A stretch of DNA of 64,000 nt from Octopus vulgaris (Eukaryota). The notes beneath the pieces are model-generated. The model was not told where the DNA came from. It made no database searches and worked only from the letters and a program-made list of their open reading frames with translations. This document shows positions 12,927 through 28,373 of the stretch, piece after piece. Both the position numbers and the translations under genes were made by a program. The DNA is taken from contig OX597815.1 in assembly GCA_951406725.2 (NCBI GenBank), positions 46,562,001 through 46,626,000 of the forward strand. The letters run 5' to 3'. How positions within the stretch are numbered: the first letter of the stretch is position 1; each line of letters starts with the position of its first letter.

Positions 12927-13109
12927 ATTAAGTCAAGGATATAAAATCCTCTTAAAGGTATATCAGCATCCAAGTTCGCCGGTTTTATCCAGTGTATCAG
13001 TGAAAAACCAAAGATGTGAGTTTCGCATTGATAGATATGGGTATAAATTAGTTATCTATGTATATATGTATATATGTATTATGTATGTATGTATGTATGT
13101 ATGTATGTT

Positions 13110-13141
<32 letters not shown>

Positions 13142-13607
13142 TGCATGCATGTATGTATATATTGCACATATGTATATGCGTGTGTATGCGTGTGTGTCTG
13201 TGTGCGTGTGTATATGTATCTATGTATGTGTATATATATGTACAGAATACACATATGTGGATATGGAACGAGTAAGAAATATTGAAATTTTAACAATATA
13301 AAATAATGTAACCTCTGAAGTTACTGTATGATACTCTTGAGAAAACAATAGGAAACTATACGTGGAATAATTATAATATGCTTTCTTCACTATCACGAGA
13401 TGTAGCTGAACCAGTAATTAAAGTGCGTATATAGAAAATTAAAAACGTCTTAGCGAATGTTACGAAATGTTTGCATTCGCATGACATTGGCAATGCAACG
13501 ATATATTCAAAGGCAGTGGTGAAGAAAGTACACTAAAGATAACCACGGGAGGACGTGGTACATGCAAAGTATTAATAAGACGCTCAGAGAAGGAAAGAAA
13601 GAGTGGT

Positions 13608-13644
13608 TGTTTAATGTTTCGAGCAAAGCTCTTCTTCGGAAACA
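13608..13644 (-). ncRNA. minimal hammerhead-like motif, CCGANGA variant (family A)
   Basis: Minus strand reads TGTTT-CCGAAGA-A-GAGC-TTT-GCTC-GAAA-CA-TT-AAACA, inside a ~165-bp repeat unit (13507-13670). Confidence 0.55.
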
Positions 13645-13723
13645 GGAGACACAGGAAAGTCTAAAAGAAATATATATATGTGGGTGTATGTGTGTGTGGG
13701 TGTGAGTGTGTGTGTGTGTGTGA

Positions 13724-13773
<50 letters not shown>

Positions 13774-13923
13774 TTTATACAAGAATATTGTTGGTAGTGA
13801 CTTCGAAGTTTAATACGAATATTAAATTTGTAATCTACAAAAAGCTATGGAATAACCCATCAAGTTAATGTGAAGTTATTTTTATTATTATGTTTTCATT
13901 ATAAGTGAGCATAAAAACAAACA

Positions 13924-13999
<76 letters not shown>

Positions 14000-14879
14000 A
14001 ATGCGTGGGAGTCTATGTACATATTCATCATTAAAACACACGCACATATATTTGTATTCTAACGAATTAAACTTGTTAATAAAAAGAGGAATACAATCAA
14101 TATTTTTACCTGTCTAGTCTTTCTCTGTATTAAATTACACTTGATCTTATTCCTCTGCTTTTCCTGCGGTAACAAAAAACAAAAAAGGTACCAAGCCAAT
14201 TGAAAGTGTATAAAACACTATTTAACCTTTTTGTCCTCCTGTGTAATCACAAGCGAAACGTAGTTTCAAAGTCGCCATTTTTGTTAACGTTATTCTCGCT
14301 TGACGAGATTACATCGTTGTTACTCTTACAACCAATTACTGGCGATCATGCAAATCTTTTAAGGCAGTACTATTTGTTAATCAAAAATTTATTGCAGCTT
14401 TGCACATAAGTCAGTCAGCCTTCAGCTGAAGCACACACAAAGGTGACATTAAAGCTTCCAACGATGACCTCTATTGTCGGTGACGGCATTGACCGTATCT
14501 CTACGTCTGCTTCAGGTGATGATCATGACCAGAACAACCACCAGCCGTAGCCACTGCAACCACCCCACCTTCCCCACCACCACCACTACCACCCACCAAC
14601 ACCCACTACCAACACCACCACATCCGTCGTCCTCTTCCTCTTCATCCACCTCCTCCTAGTCCTGCTCCTGCACCTTCTCCCTACCATCATGATCATCATC
14701 ATTATCATCATCATCATCATCAAGGTCTAAATTTCTGAATGAGGATTTAAAATTCGATCCTTTTCTAGTTTGTTCAGCTAGGATAATCATATGGATTATC
14801 TTTTAATATGTTTTTTCTATCCTGACATATATATTGGTGTTATCTTAACAGCTTCACTCCACTGATGATGATCAAGGTT

Positions 14880-15040
<161 letters not shown>

Positions 15041-15412
15041 TGTTTTCTCTATCTCGGTATTTTTGTGTTTAACTTTTACTTCTCCTCGTCTGTCATTATC
15101 TTTCACGGGAAATCTTTATTTTATTCTTTACTTTTATCCTGTGTTTGTTTCAGTCATTGGACAGCGACCATGCTGGGGCACTACCTTGATGAATTTTTGT
15201 CGAACAAATTCTAGAGGGCCATGCGGATAATATACCGGCCGGAAAAAATTAGAAGCGGGAGGCAGTCACAGCCCTGGAGAATACTGGTTCAGCCTTGGTC
15301 TTATCTCATATATATCTTATGATTATATATGTATATACAACGATCAGTCACATTCTTTTTTCGTGAATGAGTGAAGTTTGTGTGTATGAAATCATTGTAA
15401 CCGATGAATGAA

Positions 15413-15790
15413 AGCGGCGTGCTGGCAGAATCGTTAGCGGTACTTCGTTCATCTTTAAGTTCTGAGTTCAAATTCCCCCGAGGTTGACTTTACTTTTTAT
15501 CCTTTTGGGGTCGATAGAAGTACCAGTTGAGCACTGAGATCGATGTAATCGACTTAATCCCTCTTCCGAAATTGCTGGCCTGATGTTAGAACTTATTATA
15601 CTTATTATAGCACGCCGGTCAAAATGCTTAGCGGTATTTCGTCCGTCTTTATGTTTTGAGTCCGAATTCTGCCGATGTCGACTTTTCATTTCATCTCTTC
15701 TAAGGCCGATAATATAAGTACCAGTTGAGCAGTTGAGCACTAGGGTTGATGTACTTGATTTACCCCCTACCCCGAAATTGCTGGCCTTAG
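15413..15790 (+). mobile_element. tandem SINE copies (family with head ggcggcgagctggcagaatcgttag)
   Basis: Shares ttctgagttcaaattcc..gaggtcgacttt with 56311-56790 and 59226-59640, and has an (ATT)n tail. Confidence 0.75.
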
Positions 15791-15793
15791 TGC

Positions 15794-15839
<46 letters not shown>

Positions 15840-16653
15840 CTGACGGACAGTCAGTCAGACGTGTTTGGATCAATCTGTTGGTTTTGTGTTTAAATATTGA
15901 ATTACTATCAGAAATGTGTGTGTATGAGTGTGTGCATGCGTGCGTATGTGTGTATCTGAGTTTTCTTTTTTTTTTTGTGTGTGTGTGTTGACTGTTTCAA
16001 AATCGAGGTGAGAATTTACGCCTTAATTCTCTCCCCTCATTTGTAGAGTTAAATATTTTTCTTTTACTTTTCTTTGGTTTTCGCAAAATGTCATTTGTAT
16101 TTTCCTTGTTCATCGTCAACATGGCGTCTTTGATGGTGATAATCAGCGGAGACTTCCAGCACAACGGCAACATTTACAACGGACAGAAAAAAAAAATCTA
16201 CAAAAATAAAGATAAAAGTGAAACAAAAAGACCACCCGAAATAATAAATTGGTTTGTGAAAAAAAAGACGCTTTGATGGACAAAATCACAAGCACAAACA
16301 AAATGAATAAAGCCAAACATTCGGTGACATGAGCAATTATAGCATGAGCTGTTTACAATATTGTCGTTGTCGTTAGATGGACTTTAACGGTATTGGCAAC
16401 ATAAGTGACCATAACAGTAATAAAAGTGATAATGACAAAAACAACAAACGAAAAGGAAAACTGCCACTTTCGCAAATGTCATCGGGGATTTCGTGGTTTT
16501 TAAACCTGTCCTTTCTGTCGGAGTAAAAGAAGCAATGGCTGAAGTGCCTCACTAAAGACCGTGCTATTTTAAGCAAAACATTCGGTAAAGGGAAATTAAG
16601 GTCAACAAGGCGTGTTTTGTCTCTCTTGTGAAGTTCGAGAAAGCTCTTCGTGA

Positions 16654-16740
16654 TACGTAGTGGTATCAAAATGTTCCCGGACTAGTTCTGTAACGTGCCG
16701 ACAGATGGCAATACACGGTTGCATGCACAGTGAGAGCTAG
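16654..16740 (+). mobile_element. mariner-like 5' terminal fragment
   Basis: TA followed by a mariner-type TIR-like cgtagtggtatcaaaatgttcccggactag. No partner TIR seen. Confidence 0.4.
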
Positions 16741-18948
16741 AAATAAAAGGAAATGGCTACTATTCCCCTCAAACTTTGCCTTTGTGAGTTGGACATCAAT
16801 GCATCGAAACTGACCTATTTTTCATTATATTTGAGATAGATTCAGCACTGAGTTGCAGAATCAGAAATATCGTCATAGTAAATATTCTACTCAATACCAC
16901 AGATTTGCTTATCAGTTGTTTGACCTTAACCACTTGAACATATCTCTTAGTTGCGACGGACCTGTACGCCAATGAAACCGGGAAACCAGCCCTTATGAGT
17001 CAGGCATGGCTCGAGAAGGAACAAATAACATATCTCTTAGTGGCTGATAATATATGCATCTCTGATCACGAGCAGAATTAGTGTTGAGAGTCATAGGTTG
17101 AGAAGGATTTTGCGGGGTTTGAATAAAAATAGTCATTTTTCAAACTTTCTAGGAGTAAGCAAATAAGAAATAATAGTTGCTACCCCAGGACAAAGACCGT
17201 GTTTCATAGTGTTATATTTGTATCCCTATAAGTGAGTATATATGAGGTGTGACAGCGCCTCTATGTGTATATATGCTTGAGTACTTAAGTTTTTAAAAAT
17301 AGATTAATTTATTTGAATTTCCATCGTATGCGGTTCGCAGTAAATTCAAATTTGGAAAATTTCTGCTGCTACTACTCACACAGAAATATAGTGAATATTT
17401 AATCTAAATTTCGTAGCTTTTTTTAAAAAATTTATTTACTTTACCCTCTGTTTTGTATATTTTATTAAATTTTAATCCTAGCTTTCATTTTGGTGTTAAT
17501 CTTCTTTGTGACCTTACATTTTTTGATGTTAGCATATTTTTAATTTAAAATTGTTCATATGACCCAAAACATACAATTGATTATTGTTATAAATGCGAAT
17601 GATTAATTTCTGCTATACGCTTGTTTTCTTCGGAGCAGGTTTTATTGTTTTTCATTAAATCCAACAAAAGAACTTTGTTATTCAGATATAAAGACAGACA
17701 CAACAATTCTCATTGTTCATTATGACAATGCATCAACGTTTCCTGCATGAATTGACGCTTCTTTAAATTAAGTTTATTTGCATCAAATGTTTAACGATGT
17801 GGGTGTATTCAAGTATGGATTTGAGGGCATAATGTTTGCATGTATACACACATATATACGTATGTCCATGACTAAATACATACACAAACACATATATATA
17901 AACATTCATAAATACATATGTATGCATGTGTATGTAATATACAAATATATGGGCGTAAATATTCATATATATATATATTTATATAACTGCATATATATAT
18001 ATATATATGCTCACACGCAGGCACATATATGTATACATGTGCCTAAATATACTTACATACATACTCCCTCAATCACTCACTCACACACACATACATATTA
18101 TACACACATAAACACATATGTATGTTTGAATATATGTACGCATAATTCTAATTAAAATGGGCATCAAATGTAAACAGAAGCCAGCAGACGTATATACAAA
18201 ACAAAAAGACCCAGAAAAGTAGCTACCTGGCCAAAACGTACCAAAGGGCAGAAGAAAGAGGGATCTTCAGATTCTCTTTCCTAATTAAATATTTTATAAT
18301 TAAATATTTATTGGTTATTTTATCTTTTTACTACTTTCACTTGTTGAGCTACAGTCAATCTAGAGCATTGCCTTAGTTGATTATATTATATATCGATCTC
18401 AGTATATCATTAGTTTTTTTTTTTTTTACCTTATCGATCTCGTAAGAGACGAAAGATAAAATGAATGTCTGCCTAAAACGAATGTAATTTGTATGAAATT
18501 AAGTATCACAAGTTGTCAGCGGTAAGTTACTCTCCTCTTCTGCTCCTGATTAGGACATACCATTTGATCTCATTATTTGTGCCAAGTCTTTCCTCTGTTT
18601 GTTGACGCGGCAGAAGCAAAAGAGGAACATTTTGCTGCTGTTTCTCGATTACACTGTTTCGATGTCTCAAGGTGCGAGGTGTATTTTCCAGTGAAAATCA
18701 CACAACCTCCTGTTTATTTTTAAAGTTAAAATATTCGTGTTCGCTTGTTCATGTGGTTTTTATTCAACTTTGTTATAGTTGCAATTTGGCGGGTTGTCGG
18801 GATAGTGTTATAATCGCCATCTTTGAACAGACACTAGGAAAAATCAAGAATGTTTGATCGTCCCAAATACCTAACATACACATATATACAGGTGTGTGCG
18901 TGTGAGTGAGTAAATATGTGTTTGCAGGATGTGTATACATACATACAT

Positions 18949-18995
<47 letters not shown>

Positions 18996-19199
18996 GTTGT
19001 GTCTGGGAAGAGTCATATTGCCTTGATATATTTAACACACTCACCGTTTCAATTTCCACTGATTCATTTATTAATCTTTTTTGTCAGTCCCTGGACAGAC
19101 AAAGTTTTTCCGTTACTTCTGCAACCTTATAAATGGATATCGACTTTGTCCTTTATCGAAGCAAGAAAATCTCAAACAGGCAAAAGGAATGCAGCTTCA

Positions 19200-19912
19200 A
19201 TAACGGATAGAGTAGATATCCATTGATAAGGTAGCAAAAGCAACGAAAAACCTTTTTGGAACTTCATCAATGCTAGCGCTCCCTGTGATTAATTACGAAA
19301 CACTGTGGCCAGATGCTACAGGTATTACAAACTCTTAAACCCCTATAATGGTAAGGTGGGCTACTCCTGCTTAGACAACATCGATTCCAACATCACACGC
19401 ATCGACAGACGTAAAATTGCACCCGCATCACCCCCAACCCCAACCTGTATCTGCCGAAACCTCACCATGTGCGTCCTAGAATGATCCTGCCTCTCATGAG
19501 CCGTAGTATACAGAGCCACCCTTACACCACTCGATGGCATTACTAGGCATATTTGATGGCATTACTATGGTATGACAGCCAGTGACTTCAAATTAAGATA
19601 CTTCCAGCATATGCACTCGTTCAGCTCCAGGGACAGAGAGAACTCTACTTCCTTGTCCCGTTTACTCTGGAGACTCCGTGACCTCCGAGATGAAACACCC
19701 AGCATCAAGTGGACTATTGTCGACGGAGCGCCACCATATTCACCCGGCGCCCCCAAATGCCAGCTCTGCCTACGCGAAAAACTGCATTCCTCCAACAACC
19801 AGCAGTATCCATCAACAAGAAATATGATTTCTCTTATTGCTGTCACCAGCAGTATGCCCTTCCGGCAAATTTCAAGCTGCTGACTGCCGACAACCCGAAT
19901 GTACCACCTTAA
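19200..19912 (+). mobile_element. Penelope-like element, decayed linker + GIY-YIG endonuclease region
   Basis: Translates to KLLNPYNGKVGYSCLDNI, CICRNLTMC, VVYRATLT, YYGMTASDFKLRYFQHMHSF..STSLSRLLW, KCQLCLREK, with stops and frameshifts. Confidence 0.8.
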
Positions 19913-20206
19913 TAACAGCTGCTACTCTGCACCAAGGTCACCGCCACCAATCAGCCCCATGAGCAGGACCGCCAATTACCAATCCTCAACGCTTACTGAT
20001 CTCTAACGCGTATTATGCGCATATATACTCGTGCATGCGCGCGCATACGCACATTAATATGCATGCATCCATTGAACATATGAATGAATACGCATGTGTA
20101 GATCTGTGTGCGTGTGTGCGTGCATACGCACACATTTGTGTGCGTGCGTGCGTACATGCCCATTCATAAATATTCATAAATATATACATATATATAAATG
20201 GTATAT

Positions 20207-20703
<497 letters not shown>

Positions 20704-21337
20704 TAGATAAATAGATAGATATGCATATGTGGGCACAGGATGTCATGAAACGTGTACAACAAAAAAAAAACGAAGTACGAGTACATGGAATATAAACTAT
20801 TTTTTCGAAAAACGAAAGACACAAATGGAAAACAAGGCAAACAATATAAAGAACGACCCTTCATCAGTTGTTCGCTGTTTTTCTACTCTCGTATTTCGAT
20901 CATTAAATAACAATATAAGCTTTCGATAAAACAGTTGTTTCCGCAAAACAAATTATATATATATGTATATATATATTTATATGGAGGATCAAAACAAACA
21001 AAAAGGGTTGCTAAGACTAAACGAGGTTGTGGTGAACGCGTAAATCAAGCTTGGACGGGAGACAGAAAAGAACATGTCTTCTTTGTTCCACCTACAACGG
21101 AGAGAAAGAAAGAAACACAAGTTAGGAAAAGAAAGATAGCCGATGGCCACGTGGGAGCCACGTGAGCAACACACACACACACATATATATATATATGTAT
21201 ATATATATTTATATATACACACACATACATATACATATATGCATATATACATACATACACACATACATACATATATATATATGTATGTGTATGTGTGTGT
21301 ATGGGTGCGTGTGTGTGTGCCTGTATGCACGTGTATC

Positions 21338-21382
<45 letters not shown>

Positions 21383-21538
21383 CATATATATATGTATATA
21401 TTTATGTGTGTGTGTATATATGTATATATATATACACACATACATGCATATATATATATATGTGTGTATGTGTGTGTGTGCGTGCGTGTATGTGTGCGTG
21501 AGTGTGTGTGTGCGTGTATGCATGTGTATCTATCTACC

Positions 21539-21581
<43 letters not shown>

Positions 21582-22067
21582 GGATGTCTACATGTGAATG
21601 TGTGAACATATGTATAATGTGTGTGTATTTCGATGTATATAATAGATTAATACATACACCTATGAAGCACAAGAATGCTTTATAAGCTAGATGTGTAGGC
21701 TGCTTATTTTATCTCTGCATTTCTCTGTGTATATGGAAAGTGAGCATGCACCAGTATTTCCCTGCGTGTATGGATGGTGTGCGTGCTTATGTTTAACGAT
21801 GCGTTTTCAATGATTCGTTTTTGCCTTTTTTCATCGTTTCATTCTTTGTTCCCTCTCTTCGTTAATTATTTTTGTTCTGTCAATCGTTCATTCTTTTTTC
21901 TTTTTATTCCATTATTGATTGTTTCTTTATTCCTTCATCGGTATCAACCGTTCTTTTTTTCCTTTTTTTGCTGTTTTCAACTTTTCATTTCTTTAATAAC
22001 CTTTTATCTTCTTTCATGCCTTCATTCATGTATGTGTGTGTATACAAACATACATACGTACACACAT

Positions 22068-22130
<63 letters not shown>

Positions 22131-22317
22131 TTTATTCTTTTACCTGTTTCAGTTATTTGACTACAGCCATGCTGGAGCACCACCTAAAAAGGTTTTACTC
22201 GAAGAAATCGACCCCAGGACTTATTCTTTGTAAGCCTGGTACTTATTCCATTCGTTTCTCTTTTCAGGGACATAAACACTCCAGCATCGGTTGTCAAGCG
22301 ATGGTGAGGGGATAAAT

Positions 22318-22700
22318 AGGGGAGACCGGGTCTAGTTGTTACACGGTTAAGTTGTTACAAGCCCATTGTTTCCAACGTCAAGAAATAGGTGGCACTCGGT
22401 TCTCTACCTCTGAAAACCAACTTCATAGCATCATGACTGCACATGTGTATTGCACTGGCGGGCTGTCACCAGGAAAGATATGGCTCAAAAAACGTGAAAC
22501 TCCCAAAGTGAAATTTTGCCACAAAGTTATTTCCTTAACTACTAAAGCACAAGTAATGTTATTGAAGTAGTTTGTGGCTCATTAGGAAGTGTTGGAAGTT
22601 GCTTTCGATAAATAAAGGTGTGTCCTGGATGCCAGGCATTCCTAGTGCTGTGTATGAGGTAAACCCCAGAAATCCATGGTCGGAGCTAATTGTTACATAA
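22318..22700 (+). mobile_element. DNA transposon 5' terminal fragment
   Basis: ta-ggggagaccgggtctagttgttacac..gttgttaca sub-terminal repeats interrupting a SINE. No second TIR seen. Confidence 0.35.
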
Positions 22701-22792
22701 TTGTATATATGTATATATGTATATATATGTATGTATGTATATGTATATATAGTCAATAAATTGATTAATAATTTTTTTTATATGTATATATA

Positions 22793-22837
<45 letters not shown>

Positions 22838-22848
22838 ATATATATACA

Positions 22849-22930
<82 letters not shown>

Positions 22931-23373
22931 CATACATATACTATATACATATATATATTGTATGTATGTATGTATGTATGCATATTCTTTGAATTTTTTG
23001 GATGCAGTTAAAACGACATAAATGTATGTTCATGAGTGAATGAGTTTGTGTGTGACCGTGAAAACGATATATAAATGTATAGCAATATATTTATATGCCA
23101 ACTACATCAAAATAGTTTTGTATTACTAATGAGCTTATTCAGCAATTTTTGTACTTTATGCCAATTATAAAAACACAATTGCCTCATGTATTAATTTGAC
23201 TGCTTGATTATCGGTAAGACGTGGAAGTGATCATGACAATTCATGTAAATTCAGAAAATAAATAAATTCATAACCTGCTCTACATTCTGATATAGAGTTC
23301 TGTACACTACGGAATGTTTTACACTGTTATGTGTCTCCTATGACAAGCACGGACGAGTGCACCCATACACAAA

Positions 23374-23457
<84 letters not shown>

Positions 23458-23483
23458 CATCCATCCAACCATCCATCCATCCA

Positions 23484-23547
<64 letters not shown>

Positions 23548-24082
23548 CCTATCTATCTAGCTATCTATCTATCTATCTATATATCTATCTATTTTTTGTC
23601 TGTCTTTTTAGCTAGCTAGCTAGCAAACTATTTATCCATCCATCCGACTGTCTGTCTGATGGTCTGTCTATCGGTGTGTGCGCTTGGGTTTGTGTGCATG
23701 CGTGCGTTCCAAAAAGCATTTGGACAAATTTTTATTAGTAGTACCAGATGCACCCTCATCACGACAAGAAGCACGAAGGAGAGCAGTTCTATCGAACTCG
23801 CTACTTCACTAGAAAGGGTTCCAAAGAGAGGGCCGGGAAGGGAATGTGAAATAGAAACTAATCACACTAAAGGCGCTGCCCCAGCATGGTCGCAGGCTCT
23901 GCTTGAAGCCAGTAAAAATAAAAATAAAGAAGCATAGGCGTGCCTGTGTGGTAAAAAGTTTGCTTCCCAACCACTAAGTTCCGGGTTCAATCTTACTGCA
24001 TGACACCTTAGCAAATTCCACGGACCGACCAAAGCCTTCTGCGTGGATTTGATACATGAAAAAAAGACAAAGAAGCCCGTCG

Positions 24083-24125
<43 letters not shown>

Positions 24126-24365
24126 CTGTATGATTTGGAGGTTAAGCAACCATCTAAGGGATAATAAATATCCAATATACTATAGGATGTATACCTACGT
24201 ATTTATATCCAAGTGCTTACTATTGTAGGGCAGTATCGCAATTGAATACAGAAATTTACCCAGAATTTATAAGGCAAATAAGAAAATGGAGAGGATAATC
24301 AATCGACAAACATCAGCCTATAGACATTCATTTATATCTATTTATTTATTGGTTACAATCATATA

Positions 24366-24745
24366 CTCTTTTACTCTTTTACTCTTTTACTTGTTTCAGT
24401 CATTTGACTGCGGCCATGCTGGAGCACCGCCTTTAATCGAGTAACTCGACCCCGGAACTTATTCTATTGTAAGCCCAGTACTTATTCTATCGGTCTCTTT
24501 TGCCGAACCGCTAAGTGACGGGGACACAAACACACCAGCATCGGTTGTCAAGCAATGCTATCGGGACAAACACAGACACACAAACACACACACGCATACA
24601 TATGTATATATACATATATACGACGGGCTTCTTTCAGTTTCCGTCTACCAAATCCACTCACAAGGCTTTGGTCGGCCCGAGGCTATAGTAGAAGACACTT
24701 GCCCAAGGTGCCACGCTGTGGGACTGAACCCGGAACCATGTGGTT
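24366..24745 (-). mobile_element. SINE (abundant family with ..gctccagcatggccgcagtcaaatgactgaaacaagtaaaaga tail)
   Basis: Nearly complete copy. Other copies or fragments lie at 2680-2810, 10900-11100, 22130-22315, 23936-24083, 34850-34930, 39893-39990, 41830-41985, 42705-42905, 43630-43925 and 48280-48402. Confidence 0.85.
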
Positions 24746-24919
24746 ATAAACAAATGAAACAAGCAAATAAACCAGTAAATAAATAGATAAATAAAAATAA
24801 ACTAATGAATATGAATAAATGAGTGGAAAATACTAAGTTCTTACAGCTGTTTCTACTACGGAGTTTCCCAATCTGCCAAGTTTTCCACTTTATACCTGTA
24901 ATATACAGGGATTAGTACG

Positions 24920-26740
24920 TATATATCTACTAGAAAACTGGAAACGTTACTCAGATGACTGCCTAATCCTGAGGACGTACACATTTAAACAACTGAGAGA
25001 TTTCAGAAATCTTATCAACAGCATAAACAAAATATTAACTTTACCATGGATTACAGTAAAACTCAGCTACCATTCCTTGATATACTAATCATCAAAAGGA
25101 GATAAAATTATTGAAACAGATATTCACTACAAAACAGATTAGAAACAATACTTACTGTTCTCTTCATGCCATCTTAAATACACGAAGAATAATATCCTCT
25201 TTAATCTAGCAAGAAGAATCTGCACAGTTGTCTCAAACCCTGAAACTCGCAATAAAAGACTCCAGGAACTAAAACAAGTACTACTTAAAGAAGACAATAT
25301 CCATTAATGCTAATAGACAACGGAATAAATATCAAAGCAATAAATATCGTACCAAAGCAATAAATATCGAAGAACTACATAAAACGGAAAGCGCTCCAGA
25401 TACATCCAATAATCTACCCTTTATTACAGCACACAACCCAAGAAGCACAGATGTTTACAATATTATCCACCAGAACATCCCACTATCAAAACAAGATCCA
25501 AGAATGAAACAAGCCTTCGAAATAGACAGAATAATCAAAAGTAAAAGACAATCAAAGTCCCTCAAAAAATTCCTCACAAGTGCTAAATTACCTTCCACAA
25601 TTCCTACACCATCAGTCAAAAAATGTGGCCGCACCATTTGCGGGATCTGCATCAACTTTATTGAAGACACAACATGCAAATTCAAATCAGGGCAGGCTTT
25701 TACCGTAAAATTCCCTTTACATGTTCTTCAAGGAATTTAATATGCATTATTAAATGCCAGAGATATAATGAAGATTACATAGGTCAAACAAAGCTTACTC
25801 TAAGAAATAGAATGATCATTCACCGACAACAAATACGAGACCCCAGTACTAGACAAATTCTACTGAGTGGTCACATAGACATATGCGCAAAAAATAAGTC
25901 TCCCAAATTCCAGGTCTTGCCACTCTACCTATGTTCAGCGAATACCACAGACGAAGCACGGATAAACAAGGAAAATACTTTCATACAAAAGTGCAAACCA
26001 AAATTTAACAAACTTTAACAGTGTACATACACAAATAACTATTCACACAGAAAATTCATTTTGCCACTTATCATGAGTAAGTTACACAGCTAACAACCTA
26101 AATTTTAGCCATTGGACTACATACAAACGACTCCTGTCTACTCTCTCACCAGATAGATCAAATTTGGAGTGCCTTGATAATAACTAAACATATTTACTCA
26201 ACCGTGTCGGCTTTCTTTTGAGGCACAAAATGTACTGTCACGTGAAACTAACGCACGGACGTAGTGGGAAACGTGCAAAAGGTTATAAACTTAATCATGT
26301 GTTCATTCTCTACAAACACTTGAAAACATTCAGAGCATTGATTATTGAGAATTGTTCAGTTAATTGTGACAACCTTAACTTACGACGCCAAACGTTGTCA
26401 TTTGATACTAACACACAAACGTAGCAGGGAACCTACTAAAATTTCTAAGGCCGGTCATGTGACTATCCTCTACCAATCAAATCCTATTCAAAACATTTAC
26501 TAACTTGAGCCTTGAGCTCCCTATAAAAATAGAGCAAGCTTCAAACACCAGTCAGAAGCAAGACAGCTGCAACATATGCCATGTCTTTCTATTTGAACTT
26601 TTTGAAAATCAGTGTAAACTGGGAAACCGGTTGAAGCTTCAAATATATTAATAAAAAATATTTTAACTATTCTCGGTGCAATTTCAACTTCTTTTTCCTA
26701 TATTTCTACACGTGTGGAATAAAATAACTTTGTTTTGTCT
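24920..26740 (+). mobile_element. Penelope-like retroelement, 5'-truncated (RT C-terminus, linker, GIY-YIG, 3' UTR/pLTR)
   Basis: Translates to NINFTMDYSKTQLPFLDILI, ETDIHYK, YLLFSSCH, FNLARRIC, KKCGRTICGIC and NLICIIKCQRYNEDYIGQTKLTLRNRMIIHRQQI. Frameshifted; coding ends at 26018, followed by (TATC)n. Confidence 0.88.
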
Positions 26741-26771
26741 CTCTATATCTAAATATCTATATCTATAACTA

Positions 26772-27297
<526 letters not shown>

Positions 27298-27318
27298 ATA
27301 TTGGTGTGAATCGAGCCG

Positions 27319-27402
<84 letters not shown>

Positions 27403-27803
27403 ATCAAAGGACATACTAAGTAGGTCTGCCTACCGGAAATAACAGTCATAGCTCCTAACTACAGAAATCAAACGAAAGCAGATTAGGTTAATAAAAATCT
27501 CTCAACGTACATTTAAGTATAAAGACTCACGTGAACTGTTTTAACTTCTTCAGCACATGTTACCACGATGAGATACCCCAACTGCTCGTATCGAAATCTG
27601 AGCTGTAACTGATTCGTTTTGCGCCGAGTTCAAATAACAATCATCAGTGAAATATACTCACACTGGTACTATGGATTACACTGTAATCATCTCAGGAATA
27701 CGGACTGCGATCTTAAGAGACATGTGATTTGTGGAAACACGCTTAGAAATGCATTAATAGTTTACAAATTCTCATTTTTAAGTGATAAACTATGGAGAAT
27801 ATA

Positions 27804-27891
<88 letters not shown>

Positions 27892-27965
27892 TAAGGTGCT
27901 CAAGAAATTTGAACTTGAGCAAGTAGATGAGTAAATGTAATAATCGACTTCACTAACTTGCTTCT

Positions 27966-28037
<72 letters not shown>

Positions 28038-28373
28038 GGCCAAGTGTTTGGCGTGTTGTATACACGATCGAGAGGTCGTGGTTTCAATTCTTTGACCGGG
28101 TGATGCGTTGTTTTCTTGAGCTTCTTCATCTTACGTTGGTCTGCGATCACTTCGATTCCTCACAAGTGGTACAGCGTGCACCTGTTCAGGCAACGTCGAT
28201 TTGACGGAGAGATTTGGTGGAGAGAGTACGGCACATACGTTTGCTCATTATAAACAAGTCATTTGCACAGGTCGTTCGGCAAAAGCAGAACACTAATACA
28301 TAGTCTTCGACGGGAGAATCCGTCATACATATACAATACTACATTATATTATATTGTATGTATGTCATTATTA

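Noticed and set aside
13310-13380. ctgaagt-tactgt..acaata-g-gaaactatacg as hammerhead
   Set aside because: The core and stems have too many mismatches to call without a family consensus.
16373-16669. 98-aa minus-strand ORF as a gene
   Set aside because: It has a non-ATG start inside a mariner TIR fragment and no recognisable domain.
20790-20900. CTGATGAAGGG on minus strand as hammerhead core
   Set aside because: No stem II partner followed by GAAA could be found downstream.
27528-27560. gtg-CTGAAGA-agtt-AAAACAGTT-cac on minus strand
   Set aside because: It lacks stem II and G12, so it may be chance or a heavily deleted relic.
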